DNA from: Camelus dromedarius
Lineage: Eukaryota
Length of the DNA: 64,000 nt
Direction of reading: 5' to 3'
NCBI RefSeq assembly: GCF_036321535.1
Contig: NC_087472.1
Location: 103,108,001 to 103,172,000 of the forward strand
Part shown: piece after piece, positions 49,809 through 62,867 of the stretch
How positions within the stretch are numbered: position 1 is the first letter of the stretch
Layout of the letters: every line of letters starts with the position of its first letter
The notes under the pieces: generated by a model
What the model saw: only the letters and a program-made list of their open reading frames with translations
Databases searched by the model: none
Told to the model about the DNA's origin: nothing
Program-made: the position numbers and the translations under genes

Positions 49809-49999
49809 TAAACAGTAAGTTCACACTGTATAGCACAGGGAACTATATTCAATATCTTGCAGTAACTTATGTTGAAAAAGACTATGAAAATGAATATATG
49901 TATTTTCATATATGACTGAAGCATTATGCTGTACAGCAGATATTGACACAACATAGTAAACTGATTATACTTCAATAAAAAAATATATATATACACACA
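49809..49999 (+). mobile_element. Short L1 3'-end insertion with a 12-bp TSD
   Basis: aagagtaggttg at 49797-49808 and 50000-50011; tgtatagcacagggaactatattcaatatcttg...cttcaataaaa. Confidence 0.85.
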
Positions 50000-50034
50000 A
50001 AGAGTAGGTTGAATTCAAAAATCAGGAATGGTGG

Positions 50035-50175
50035 GGGGAGGGTATAGCTCAGTGGTAGAGTGTGTGCTTAGCATGCATGAGTTCCTGGGTTCAATCCCCA
50101 ATACCTCTATTTAAAATAAATACATAAACCAAATATCTCTCCCTCCAAAAAACAAAAAACAAAACAAACAAAAAG
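50035..50175 (+). mobile_element. tRNA-derived SINE (Vic-1-like)
   Basis: ggggagggtatagctcagtggtagag...gggttcaatcccc with A-rich tail. Confidence 0.88.
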
Positions 50176-50198
50176 CAAGAATCAAAATGTACATGAGA

Positions 50199-50322
50199 GG
50201 GGAGGGTATAGCTCAAGTGGTAGAGTGCATGCTTAGCATGCATGCGATCCTGGGTTCAATCCCCAGTACTTCATCTAAGAATAAATAAGTAAACCTAATT
50301 AGCTCCCCCTACCAAAGAAAAA
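50199..50322 (+). mobile_element. tRNA-derived SINE (Vic-1-like), second tandem copy
   Basis: ggggagggtatagctcaagtggtagag...gggttcaatccccagtac; aaaatgtac on both sides. Confidence 0.88.
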
Positions 50323-50339
50323 ATGTACCTAGAGACAAG

Positions 50340-50701
50340 TGTTTAAGTCTGTTTGGGCTGCCATAACAATATAACAGAGTGGATGGCTTATAAATAACAG
50401 CGATTTATTTCCCACAGTTCTAGAGGCTGAGAAGTCCAAGGTCAATATGCCAGCAGATTCGCAGTCTGGTGAGTATCTCTTTACTGGTTCATAGATGGCC
50501 ATCTTCTCTCTGTGTCCTGATATGGTTGAAAGGCTGTGAGAGCTCTGTGGGTTCTCTTTATAAGGACACTAACCCCATCATGAGGTCTCCAACTTCATGA
50601 CCTAGTCACTTCCCAAAGGCCCCACCTGCTAGTAGCATCACATTGGCAGTTATGTTTCAACATATGAATTTTGGGGGGACAGAAACATTCAGTTCCTAAC
50701 A
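50340..50701 (-). mobile_element. MLT1A-like MaLR solo LTR
   Basis: gggctgccataacaa...cacagttctagaggctgagaagtccaag...tttcaacatatgaattttgggggg. Confidence 0.82.
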
Positions 50702-53400
50702 ACAAGAATGCATTACTATTTATTTGTAAAGTAGCCAGTATTGTAAATATGTACTAATTATATGGTAATATTAGAGCTTATTCGCTTAATTGAACTGTAT
50801 CCATTTTGATCAATAAAATCTTACATGAAAGAACTTAAACAACAAAGTTGAATTTAAAAAGACAGTAAAACATTAAGTAGAATAGGTAGCAAAAGTTGAG
50901 TCTTCTAGTGAACAGAAAAATACCTCAAGTGATTACAATACTGTACTTTTGCTAATATTGTGCTAGAAGAATGTGTCCCCCTAGTGAGCAAGGGAAAGAT
51001 ATCTTCCTAAACTTTGTTGAGGTGGATGCCTGGTTTTAGAAAAGCCAACTTCACCCTGACCTATGCAGCCCTGGGAAAGAAGGGGGCTTGTAGCTTGCCC
51101 TGCTGGTGATGTCAGCAGATTGTGCTCTGGTTCCATAGAAATCAGCGAGCTGAGGAGGAGTGGGTGGATCTTTCCATTTTGCTTCTCTAGTAAACCTCTC
51201 ATGATTTTCCATTCACTTTCTGATCTACATGTTGTCTTGTTAATTTTACAAACATCTTACATACTCAAAAAAACTAATAGGAAGAAAAAGTCATTCAACA
51301 AATATTAATAGTGCAAACAAAGGGTTTTATTATATTATTTAATGAAGATGAGCAGCAATTTTAATACAAAATTCTTTCTCAAGCCCTCTGACAGACCTCA
51401 AGCCCAGTTTCCCCCTTCATGTCTAGGAAGGTACAAGTAAAACACTTTGGCAGGCATAAAAGACATAAAAAGCTTCTCGTTAGGGTGTATCAGTAGCCAG
51501 GGAATTTACACCCCGTTGGGGGTCATCTGACTAAGGCATGGAAGAAACCACATCCCCAAGGCAGTTTCCATAACCTATCCAGAGAAGGTGACCAAGAATT
51601 TATCAGGCAAACCAGGACATGGTTGGAGTGAAAGCGGGTGCTGTTAATAACTACACCAGAACACCAGATGTAAGTAAATCAGGAGTGGCAAACCGGGATA
51701 CACCTTATGAATACACCCTTTATATCTCTAAGATATAAGGGCAAGTCGGGCATTCTGTGCGTTGGTTCTCACTCCAATTTGGAAGACTCACTGCAATAGA
51801 ATTTTGCACTAACAATTTGCAAGAGGCCTGGGAGGGAAGCCTTTGTGCCCTGGAAAATGCATATCTTGTGTGTTTACCTTTTAAAGATAACTGTGGTTTG
51901 AAACAGATAAATTATATAAAGCTAACATAACTTTTCCCCCATATTAATCTTTTAAAGAATTTTATTCATTTCCTAGGGCATATGTGCTTTCCTTTTCCAG
52001 AGAAGGCATGCACTCTAGAAACAATGTTTTCATGCCCTCCCTTTTTTAAGATGAGAGATATGCCCCCAAACTTACACATACACTGCAACCCTATTTTTTC
52101 TAATGAATTTATTAGTTATTTTTAATTGTGGTAAAGTACATATTAAAAACAATTTACCATCTTAACCCTTTCCAGTGTATAGTTCTGTAGTGTTAAATAT
52201 ATTCATCCAACCCTATCTTGCAGGTCAGATGACTAGCATATTAATGAAAGAAATATACTAGTAAATGCAATATTGAGTTTGGACACAGGCTTATAGACAG
52301 TTAGAAATGTTCCAAGTACTTATAAGCAAGGGCAACAGTGGCATGGATTCCTCAGAATGTGTAAAATTTTCTAAATTTTAGCCTATCTTACAAGTTTCTC
52401 TCCCTATTACTGTAGCAAAACTCTTCTAAACCACTGTAGAAATGAGATTTATGTTGATCACCTGCATTGCATGGAACCTCAACTAATGAAATAAAGTTCC
52501 AACAGTTTTAAAGAGAAGTCAAGAAAGTTCTGTCATTGTGGAAAATATTATCGTATTCTATGAAACAGTGTACAAACAATGCAAATTAATACTATAAACC
52601 ATATTATATACTATTATTATTATTAGTCTTTGAAAAATACTTCTGTAAACAGATCATAAAAGGATTTTAAGTTCTAGGCACTTAATTTGCTTTAAAATAC
52701 TCTGCATATGCTTTTTATATGATCAAGCCCTTAAGTAAAATATCTGATATTCAGAAATGCAAAAGGATTTCTGGATACAAGTAAATCCTTGTTTTCTTAG
52801 GATTACAAAATATTTTTTCTATTATTATAATCTGATAGTAAGTAAGTAATCATATCACTTATTAGTAATGACAACTAAAGATTAAGGCAAAGATACCCAT
52901 TGAGAAGGCCTTGTAAAAGATTACACATTCATGTTTTAAAATAAGATATACCTAAAACCATTGTCAATGTTCAGCCAAGAAGTACCAATCTTGGCCCTGT
53001 GGCTGTTTCTGAAAAGCCTGCATTCTGGATGGTCAGTGTCTGTGCCTTATCAGTTGTTAAATATTTTTATTATCACCCCTACTTACAACTCTATAGAACC
53101 AGCAATTGATGAACATAAAAAGACAGCTCAAAAATGTCAGACATAAAAAGACATGACAATTACCAACAGATTGCTGTAAGAGAAAATTGTGTCTTTTGCT
53201 GGTACTTCAGTGGTAAATATCATTATCAATAAAAGTAAGAATTTGTTTAGCAAAGAGCTTCCCTCAAAGACTAAGGAGCACTGCCATACCAAGAAAGGCA
53301 CATCTATAATTATTAAATGCAGGCATTTAGAGGAGTCTAATTAACAATTTTTAAAGAGCTAGTATGTATTTAAGCAAGACACCACCTAGATAATGGTGTC

Positions 53401-53580
53401 TTAGGGGCTCACTTGGCTGGTGGATGGTTTGGGTTTTGTTTGTATATTCAGCACATAGTCGTGATGGAAGGATGAGCGGACAGTGCGATTCATTAGGGGC
53501 TGAAGGGGGCGGAAGTTGTCCACCATTCTTTGCTCTTTCTCGCCCTCAGAAGTGAAGAGCAGGGTCCGAAATTGCTCAAG
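53401..53580 (-). CDS. CA5B: CA5B last coding exon: [59 protein letters not shown]
   Basis: ctatttctag| acceptor; TAA at 53401-53403. Confidence 0.96.
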   Translation of the reverse strand, partial: LEQFRTLLFTSEGEKEQRMVDNFRPLQPLMNRTVRSSFHHDYVLNIQTKPKPSTSQVSP

Positions 53581-54091
53581 CTAGAAATAGAAACAGGAAG
53601 CATAAATAATTTCAATAGAAAAACAGCTTTACTTCACAAATAAATTACTTCCATTTTTACAACTCTGAAACATTCCTCTAAAATTGGATACAGAAAATTT
53701 TATTTCTGAGTAGGAACACCTTCACTGCTGGACAGGGAATAAACTGTCATGTGAGGAGAGGAGCAGGAGGTGGTGATACCAGCAGGGCACTTGGAATCCA
53801 AAGACTGAGGTCAAAGACACTGTCCCCCACATATTAGCCATTTGCCAAGGACAAGTTACTTCATCTTTTGTTCTCAGGAACCTCATCTTTAAATGGGCAA
53901 AAGAGCCAGCCTACAGGATAATGAGGGAAAGGCTTGATGCATGTAGTAGCAGTGCCAACAATGTTTTACTTTTTCAAAATTTAACTGACTTGTTAACATA
54001 AACAATATAGTCTTGATTGCTTGCCACGCCTGGACGTTGTGGGCAACGTGATACAGGTGGAGGTCTTAACAGGCAGCGGGATGCCCCCTGC

Positions 54092-54304
54092 CAGCACTGT
54101 CCAATAGAACATTCCGCGATGATGGCAGTGTCCTCTCTCCTGTTTGTTACAGTAGCCACAAGCCACATATGGCCACTGAGCACTAGAAATGTGGCCAGTG
54201 GGACTAAGGAACTGAATTTTTAATTCAATTTCAATTTAAATATATTGACATTTAAATTTAAATGCCCACACATGTCTAGCGGCTGCTGCCCTAGACAGCG
54301 CAGC
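54092..54304. mobile_element. MER3-like hAT DNA transposon
   Basis: gcactgtccaatagaac...gatgatgg...agccacatatggccactgagcac...aaggaactgaattttt. Confidence 0.75.
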
Positions 54305-55359
54305 TTAGTACGAAAGGAGTGATCCAAAATCAAGGGCTTGTTTTTCAGTGTGGCAATAACATCAATCAGTAGCTCCTTGGCTTACGGAACAACCATGTTA
54401 CAGAATGCTTCACTTTAAGCCAGATAGAAAATCTCTTTATAGCATTTTTCCTCACTCAGGCGCACTGTAGCTACAGAGAGGATAGCCTATGGCACAGCAG
54501 GCAAGCATGTGAAGATTTGTTTGTATTAAAGATGTCAGGCAAAGTAGAGCTACAGGGGCAGGACTGTGAACAGGGACAAGCACTAAACATAGTGACCGTA
54601 GTTGTAAATTACATGTATACGCCCATTCATTAGGAAGGTGTTTGAGTAGTTCAGGTTCATTTTTATTTGACTAATTGCAAAAGACTAGAAATAGCCCAAG
54701 TACCAATAATAAATTACATTAGATCTATAAAATGAGCTAGTACATAGCCATTAAAATGATATTGAAGATAACGTTCATTATAAAATGTTCCACACATCAA
54801 TGAGTGAAAAGAGCAGCAAAATGGTATATACAGAATGATTCCATTTTGTTAAAAAATTGTGTATATTTACATGGATAAAAGAACAGAAGGATTTATTTGT
54901 ATTTATATAAATAAAAGACCAGACAGTTAACATTGAGTGGTAAGATTATAGGCAACTAGGATTACTGATGACAGCTAACATTTTCTTCTTACTGAATTTT
55001 CTGTGTTGAAATTTCATTTAAAAAGTCCTCACATGGCCCACTGACTCCCTGATTTATTTATTATACTTCTTTATTTTTCAATGTTATATCAGTTTTTAAA
55101 TATGAAGGATAAAAACAGACTAAAGGTGTAGGCCACCAAGCCCAGGCTTATGAGTAGACTCTGTATTTTGTCATTTGTTTATGGTGATTTCCATTACATA
55201 GAACTAAAAATAAAATTAGTCTACTTTGCTAGTTACTATCTTTATGACTTCTGGTTTTGGTATAATTTAGAAAAGCTTTCTCCATTTGGAGGTCTGGAAA
55301 GATTTTCCTGTGCTTATTGTAGTATTTTTATGACAGTATTTTTAACATTTAATAAATCT

Positions 55360-55463
55360 GGGGGAGGGTATTGCTTAGCAGTAGAGCGCAAGCTTAGCAG
55401 GCACAAGGTCCTGGGTTCAATCCCCAGTTCCTACATTAAAAAATAATAATAATAATTTAAAAA
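55360..55463 (+). mobile_element. tRNA-derived SINE (Vic-1-like, more diverged)
   Basis: gggggagggtattgcttagcagtagag...ggtcctgggttcaatccccag with A/AAT tail. Confidence 0.82.
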
Positions 55464-56009
55464 ACTAAATATATCTGGAATACATTCTTATGTAAGGTTT
55501 GAATGGCAGATCCAACTTTTTCCCCCCAAAGTTTGCTCAATTGTCCCCAATAGCACTTACTGAATAATCTTATGTTTGCCCCACACCAAGCTGAGATGCT
55601 ACCTTTACTATAAACTAAATTCTCATGTGTTTGGAGATATTTCTGAATCTACAATTTTCATCCTGTGATTGATCTCTTTATCTGTGTACCAGTACCACAC
55701 TACTTAATTACTGAGGCTTTATAGCTTTGTTGATCTGATCATCTCTCATTTTCTCTTTCATAATTTTTCCTGGCTATTTATTTATGCTTATTTTTTTCCA
55801 CATGAGGTTAGAAGTAGCATACCTATTTAAAAGTCTTATTGATATATTTATTGGGATTACCTGAAAATTATGGAGAATAAACAATTCAAGAAGAATAACA
55901 ACTTAAGCAGAATTGGCATCAAAGGTGTCTTTATGATGTCTTCCTATTCAATAACATGAAATGAATTTTATCAGTTCAAGTCTTTTGTGTCCTTCAGGAA
56001 TATTTTACG

Positions 56010-57052
56010 TTTTCCACAGTGGCTGCACCAAACTGCATTCCCACCAGCAGTGGAGGAGGGTTCCCCGTTCTCCACAGCCTCTCCAGCATTTGTGATTTGT
56101 GGATCTTTGAATGATGGCCATTCTGACTGGTGTGAGGTGATACCTCATGGTAGTTTTGATTTGCATTTCTCAGATAATTAGTGATATTGAGCATTTTTTC
56201 GTGTGCCTATTGATCATTTTATATGTCTTCCTTGGAGAATTGCTTGTTTAGGTCTTTTGCCCATTTTTGGATTGGGTTGTTTGGTTGTTTCTTATTAAGT
56301 CGTATGAGCTGTTTATATATTCTGGAGATCAAGCCTTTGTCGGTTTCATTTGCAAAAATTTTCTTCCATTCCGTAGGCTGTCTTTTTGTTTTAATTTTGG
56401 TTTCCTTTGCTGTGCAGAAGCTTGTAAATTTCATTAGGTCCCATTTGTTTATTCTTGCTTTTATTTCTTCTAGGAGAAAATGTTTGAGATGTATGTCAGA
56501 TAATGTTTTGCCTATGTTTTCCTCTAGGAGGTTTATTGTATCTTGTCTTATGTTTAAGTCTTTGATCCATTTTGAGTTTATTTTTGTGTATGGTGTAAGG
56601 GAGTGTTCTAGCTTCACTGCTTTACATGCTGCTGTCCAGTTTTCCCAACACCATTTGCTGAAGAGACTGTCTTTATTCCATTGTATTTTCTTGCCTTCTT
56701 TGTCAAAGATTAGTTGACCAAAAGTTTGTGAGTTCACTTCTGGGCTCTCTATTCTGTTCCATACGTCTATATGTCTGTTTTGGTACCAATACCATGCTGT
56801 CTTGATGACTGTAGCTCTATAGTATTGTCTGAAGTCTGGGAGAATTATTCCTCCAGCCTCTTTCTTTCTCTTCAGTAATGCTTTGGCAATTCTAGGTCTT
56901 TGATAGTTCCATATAAATTTTATTATGATTTGTTCTAGTTCTGTGAAATATGTCCTGGGTAATTTGATAGGGATTGCATTAAATCTGTAGATTGCCTTGG
57001 GCAGTGTGACCATTTTAACAATATTGATTCTTCCAATCCAAGAGCATGGGAT
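56010..57052 (-). mobile_element. Younger L1 ORF2 internal fragment nested in an older L1M remnant (about 55150-57500)
   Basis: ORF 56219..57103 reads [14 protein letters not shown]...[15 protein letters not shown]...[11 protein letters not shown]...KWIKDLNIR; no 3' UTR or poly-A. Confidence 0.93.
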
Positions 57053-58052
57053 GAGATCAATTTCTTTTATCAAGGTAGGGAAGTCTCCATACATACCTAT
57101 CATATTGAAGATTTTTGAAAAACTGAATGCTGAATTTTTCTGGTACTTTTTAAGAATCTATGGAAATGATTTTTTTTATATATTTTTCTATTTAGATTCA
57201 TTGATATGATGAATTATCTTAACATCATTCCTAATATTGAACCATCTTTGCATTACTGGAATAAATACTACTTGGACAGAGTATATAGTTCTTCTAATGT
57301 ACTGCTAAAGTCTATTTCTAATATATTATTTTTGCTTTTTAAAAAATGTATTCTTCAGAGATATCAGTCTGTAATGGTTTGGTTTTTTTATGGGGTGGGG
57401 GTGGGGTCCAACCTTTGATGAATGTTGGTATCAGTTATCCTGGCCTCATAAAAAAAAAGGTTTCAGAAGCTTTGGTTCTTGTGAACATGCTTTGTAATTA
57501 ATAAAAATACCATAAAGCAAACATAAGCAAATATTATTGAAGTTTAGTTATATTATGGATTAAACAGGATTTGTGTATTAACATGGTAATCACCACTTAG
57601 TTTCTAATGAAAAAATAGACTCTGAGGTCAAAACAACTGACTTAAAATTTCTGGATAGACTTTGTTGGGTTCTATTTTTATCCTAATATTCCATAGCAAA
57701 ATTCCCTTACAGATTCTAGAGTTTTGAGCACATCCATTTTCAGCCTTCATTCTTCCCTTTAAAAGGATCTTGTTTATATAGAGATTCGTATTTAAATATA
57801 AAATAGACAATGCATAAAATATGTCATTGTCAAATACGGAAGTAAAAACTTATGTTTCCTAACCTTTAACTCTTCTCTCTAGTTGATTTGAAGCATTTCC
57901 TAATTCATATCCAAATTACAAGATGTTAGCACATTTTAATAAAAATGTATAAGCATCACAAGATATTAAAAACTGATGCCAAAGTGTGAGCTCAGCCTTA
58001 TTTTAAATGGGCAGCCTAGAATTTCCTTACATAAAATGTGGAAAGAACGTAC

Positions 58053-58208
58053 CTGATCATGATCAACCTCTACAGGCTGCTTCTTAATGATCCAGGTGAC
58101 AGACTCAGAGAGTGGTGGGGTAGTCAGGGATCCCGAGTAGGTCCAGTAATCTGGGCAGGTGGGCATCAAGCAGGAAGGGTCAAATGACCCAAATTCCACC
58201 AGTGTGTC
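58053..58208 (-). CDS. CA5B: CA5B exon: [52 protein letters not shown]
   Basis: cttggccag| acceptor, |gtacgt donor; 156 nt; within ORF 57966..58229. Confidence 0.97.
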
Positions 58209-58609
58209 CTGGCCAAGAGAAAGGGTCACTGAGTCATCATTTCATGGTGAAAACCACTCTGGAATCTGATGATGTGGTAGATGGTGTGGTGATGATTCTA
58301 GGGGAGTCTGGGGACCAGCAGTGGTCCCGAGGAGCTCCAGGTACCTCTGGGCACATTAGGACAGAATCATGCTGGTGCTCTGTTCCTGCAATTAACTGTA
58401 TTTCTGGTAGTCCCCAGTGGGAACACAGCAAAAACTATTTTCTCCCTCCATTCTAGTGAGTTTACAGCAGGTGGTCTCCTCTGAACTCTTTGGGAAGCAT
58501 TAGGCGGCAGCTGATGCATAAACAAGGAGGATTTTCTTTTTCAAGAGAGACTAATAGAATTCTCCTTTCTAAAGTGCAGTGCAAATTAGGAGAAGACAGG
58601 ATCCTGGAC

Positions 58610-58725
58610 GAAAAGGGGAAAGAAAGAGAGAGACAGAGAGAAGGAAAAAGAGGGAGATGGAGAGGGAAAGAGGTAGGGGAGAGAGACAGAGGCGTGGAGG
58701 GGAGGGAAAGAGAGAGAACAGATAG
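58610..58725. repeat. GA-rich low-complexity tract in a CA5B intron
   Basis: Nearly pure purine run on the + strand. Confidence 0.8.
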
Positions 58726-59102
58726 ACTTCCAGAGAGCAGCCCCTCGGGGATTCTGAATACTGAATGATTAACCGTGGAATCTGGACAGAGGTATCCAAC
58801 CTGAAGGATATGGGTAGTTGTTCTTTAAAGCTGGACAAGCCAAGTTTCTGTCAACTTTTCTTTGCTCCCTGCCTGTGGGAGTGCAGCTAGAGTCCAGAAG
58901 GCTGCCCCGAGTGTTTCCACAAGGACTGAGAAGGAGCAGGGGTCAGGAGTAGAGGAGGGGACTCGTTGTGTCCCCGAGTCCCCGAGTGCTGAACTACACA
59001 GAGGTGAATTACATTCCCCAATTCAAAGTGCCTTGTTAGTGTCTCCACTCTGAGATTCAAACATAAAATATATTTCAAGTGATTTAGGGAAAAAAAAGTT
59101 AC

Positions 59103-59165
59103 CTTATGCTTAATTGATGGCAAAGTATCAACCAGTTTCTGGAGCTCTTTATGATGTTTGCCTAG
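59103..59165 (-). CDS. CA5B: CA5B exon: LGKHHKELQKLVDTLPSIKHK
   Basis: tctttag| acceptor, |gtaact donor; 63 nt. Confidence 0.94.
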
Positions 59166-59693
59166 CTAAAGAAGCAATGAGAAAATATTAAAAAAAATTG
59201 ACATCTCACTTTTGAAACTGTAACAGAATGTGAATTAAAATTAACCACCTGGTGATTATATAAAAACAAACCAACTACTCTACTTAAGCTACACTTAAAC
59301 TGGTAATTTAGAATGTTTTAAACATCACTGAGTTTAATTAGACACAGAACAAATGAGCAGGCTGTTTGCTGACAGGGTCAGCATGCCTGCGGGCAAAGGA
59401 GCCCTGCTCCATTTAGCATCAATTCTTAAATTAAAATTTAAATTAATTAAAATTAAAAGTTCCACAAAGAAGCTGCATTTCAACTGCTCAGTTGCCACAT
59501 GTGGCTTGTGACAGCTCTGTTGGACTGTGCATTTTTATACCATTTGAAATCTATTTGTAACAATCTTGTACTTTAAACATTATTTACTTTTATCTCAGTA
59601 TTCTTAGAACTTAATACTGCAACGTTGTATCTTTACATCCTAGGATACAAAACATCATTTAAAGCTAGTAAGGTTGTTTGTTTTTTTTTTTAC

Positions 59694-59789
59694 CTTTAAA
59701 AATACTCCTATCACAGCCAAACCATTTTCTTCCAGTGCTGCATCCTCAAAATTTTCAAATTTGACTGCATTCCAATGCACTAAGTGCAG
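59694..59789 (-). CDS. CA5B: CA5B exon: [32 protein letters not shown] (third zinc-ligand His)
   Basis: gtttcag| acceptor, |gtaaaa donor; 96 nt. Confidence 0.96.
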
Positions 59790-60862
59790 CTGAAACACCA
59801 TTAAAAGATGGTTTTATACATGACCATATAGGATCACTCCAAAACAGACAGCCTTATTCACATATATTTTTAACATGCTTCCTCACCCAAAATAAAGCCA
59901 CTGAGAAAAGCAAATGACAATCTGATGCAAAATGAGATAGAAATAAAGAACAGGAGGAAATGTATGTGGGAGCAGCAATTAATGCTACTTTGGACCAATA
60001 TAAGGATTTATTAGGGGAGAAAATTTTATATATATATTTACATATCTATATCTCTCTATGTATTTCAAAGTGAATAACATTTCAGTGAGGGAACAACATT
60101 TGTCCATTCCCATCCTGATTTGCATGAAAGACTCATATCCAAAATCCATTTACATCTAAAGGAGAGATGTTTATATTGAGAGAAATAGATTTTCCCTATG
60201 CAAACTATGAGTCGAAGACAAATTTGTTTGAGGGATAACCACTTAAAATGTGTTTCTTTGTACAGTAACATTTAAAACTAAGTTAGGGGGAAAGCTGTAA
60301 AGAAGAAATTCTGTTTCCTTTGTGCTCCCTGTATTTCCCTACAAATCATTCCCTGTCCATCATTCACGAATCCTCTCCCAACCTCCCAAGTGAGACCCTC
60401 AAGGTCATGGTTAACTTTTTACCTCTCCTCTCCTGAAGAGGACCTTGCCTCCAAGTCCTGTTGCTTTTATTTCAAAACTGCTTGTTAAATTGTACTCTTT
60501 TTCTCTATTTCTCTTGTCACCGCTTTCATTTAGTCTCCTGCCATCTCTCACTTGGATTAATTCAGCCTGTGGCCCTGCACTGTTGTCTGGGTTATTACTT
60601 TAGGCTTTCATTTGAGCCTAGCTTAGAATTCTGGAAGAATTCTGTTTCAGAATCTTAAGGTTGATTTCTGCTATATTCTTTGAAATGAGAGTAGGTATCA
60701 TTTTTACAAGTATAAACTGGGAATAATCAAATATGCCTCTGAGAGAGCTACTTAGCATCTATAGGAATTACCTGATTCTTCCTGATAATTTTTTAGAGCT
60801 AGGAACTCAGAACCATCCCCTCTTCTCCACAGTTGTCACTGTTTCCAAGCTTCTCAACTTAC

Positions 60863-60981
60863 CTCTGCTGGGTAACATTTGCTGTCCACGGTATGCTCGG
60901 AGCCCCAGGCATCAATGGCCCCCCAGTGAAAATGGAACTGCTTCAATCGGTAGTTGTGTTCCAGGGGTCCTCCCTCGATCA
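60863..60981 (-). CDS. CA5B: CA5B exon: [39 protein letters not shown] (two zinc-ligand His)
   Basis: ctatttcag| acceptor, |gtaagt donor; 119 nt. Confidence 0.96.
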
Positions 60982-62867
60982 CTGAAATAGCATATCTGAC
61001 AATTCAGGGGACAGTTTTTCATATCGTGGAGGAACATGGGGAAAGGCTGAATCTGTGGGTGGACCTTCTACATGAACTGTCTTAAATGGAGCACACTCTA
61101 TTATACAGAAGTGTTTATAAACTTGATTTCCACACAGTGAATACATGTCTAAGGGCGAGACCTTTCCTCTGAATGACACCAAGATTTAACTACACTCCAA
61201 GCTGCATACAGTTGTTAAAGGCCAATTCTTGACTTAGTTTTATACTCTGTATTTACTGTGCCCAGTTTTTTAAAAGTGTACAATAAAATGCAAATCTCTC
61301 AGCATATTTATCCAACCCAATCTCATAAAACTGAAATATGGGGATAAAAGATACTCTTTTTATGCACTGATACTTTGCTTTACAATTTTTGAAGATACTA
61401 ATGTTTCTTTCCATTACATTGAAATGCAATAGGAAATTTGCAAGTCAAAAATTATCACGCATCTCCCTTTGGACAGAGTGAACAATGTGAATCACCCACA
61501 CACTTTGCCACTGGCCTCACTGTGCTGGATAATAAATACCTTTTGTTTAGACTAAAGTTTTATGGAACTAGTGAAATCAGTACATTATAGGGAAAATATT
61601 CAGATATAAGTTTTAAAGGTCACCCTTCTTCAGGCTTTGGGTTGTGCTATTTTTTTTTTTTTGGCTTGAATTTGCCAAAGCATATTAGTTCCTCACTTAT
61701 TCCATCTAGTCAGACCCTGGCGATGTCTGTCCATGGTTAAACCAGTACAACAACACAAAAACCCTCCATCTCATCTATCTTAATGGTCTAAGAGTTTATT
61801 GCCTTATTAGTTGAATTTTCTGTATGCAAATGATTGAGTACAGGGATCCCAAGGACCAAAACCTCTGGCTGTGGCATGCAATGGTCTACTATGTATCTTA
61901 CTGGCTTTCAAAAATGTTTTACATAATTTCCTTTCTTAACAAATAGGAGTTTTGTAAAAGGTGAGCAAAGACACCAATGACCACTTTTCTTTGAGGGGCA
62001 GGGGAAGTGCAAAGAATAATACCGCATGTTCACTAAATTAATCGGAGAATGGTACTAAAATGTACTGAAATAAATATCTTCAAAAAAATTCTTATTTTTA
62101 TATGCCAGCTCCATTTTGTGCGCATGACTTTGGCAAATACTCAGTCTAACCGGTTGGATGAGATTGAAGTTCTGGTCCCAAGTTAAGTTACTAGGGCAGA
62201 GGAGAGGGCCAGCATTTCCCTCCTATCCTCAGAAAAACACTGGCAGCAGTTCCTGGACACTTAACTATGTGTCTCCTCCAAAGATGATGAGCAAGGCCAA
62301 GAGGAGATGTCACCAATGGGTAGTGCAAGGGAGGGGGGCCGAACTGGCCTTCAGGTGTGTTTTGATTCACCCACATAATACTAAACATATTTTTCAGTTC
62401 ACTGCCAACATTTAAAGCTGGACGATCTCACATAAAAATCAATGTTTTCAACCTGAGAGTGAGATACTTGGTCCATGTTGAGCATTGGCTGCCACCAGGC
62501 AACAACAGGCTGGATAGAAGACGTGGCCGCCCCTTTAGATGGTCCCACCAGTACTTCACAGTGGCCACCGCTGCCATTTCTCTCACACTCTCCCACCCTG
62601 GCCCATTCTCCTTACTTCTCTGGCACTGTAGGTACATCTGCATTTGTGATTCCTGGGAGAAATGTTAGATGCCTAGGCATCTGTCTTGGGCACTAGCTAG
62701 CTAGGAAAATGAAGTCTCTATGTGTGCTGGGCACTCTGCCTATGTAAGTTATACATAGGGGAGAGATCGCACAGGGAGATATTCTCCTGTACAATATGGT
62801 TAAGAGCATGCACTTTGTAGGAAAAGAACTTCAGTTTGAATTAACTGGCTTTGTGTCATTAGCCATG

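Larger units (their letters stand above)
53401..60981 (-). other. CA5B: CA5B gene, last five coding exons (5' exons lie beyond the window)
   Basis: Alpha-carbonic anhydrase motifs [45 protein letters not shown]-tail and position next to ZRSR2 indicate CA5B. Confidence 0.95.

Noticed and set aside
50035..50322. tRNA-like A and B boxes (also at 28777-28898 and 55360-55463)
   Set aside because: A-rich tails, flanking repeats and multiple diverged copies indicate SINEs, not tRNA genes
49260..57103. 174-aa and 294-aa ORFs as host genes or one split active L1
   Set aside because: Both are L1 ORF2 fragments; their shared ~90-bp region differs at several positions and they flank a CA5B exon, so they are separate dead insertions
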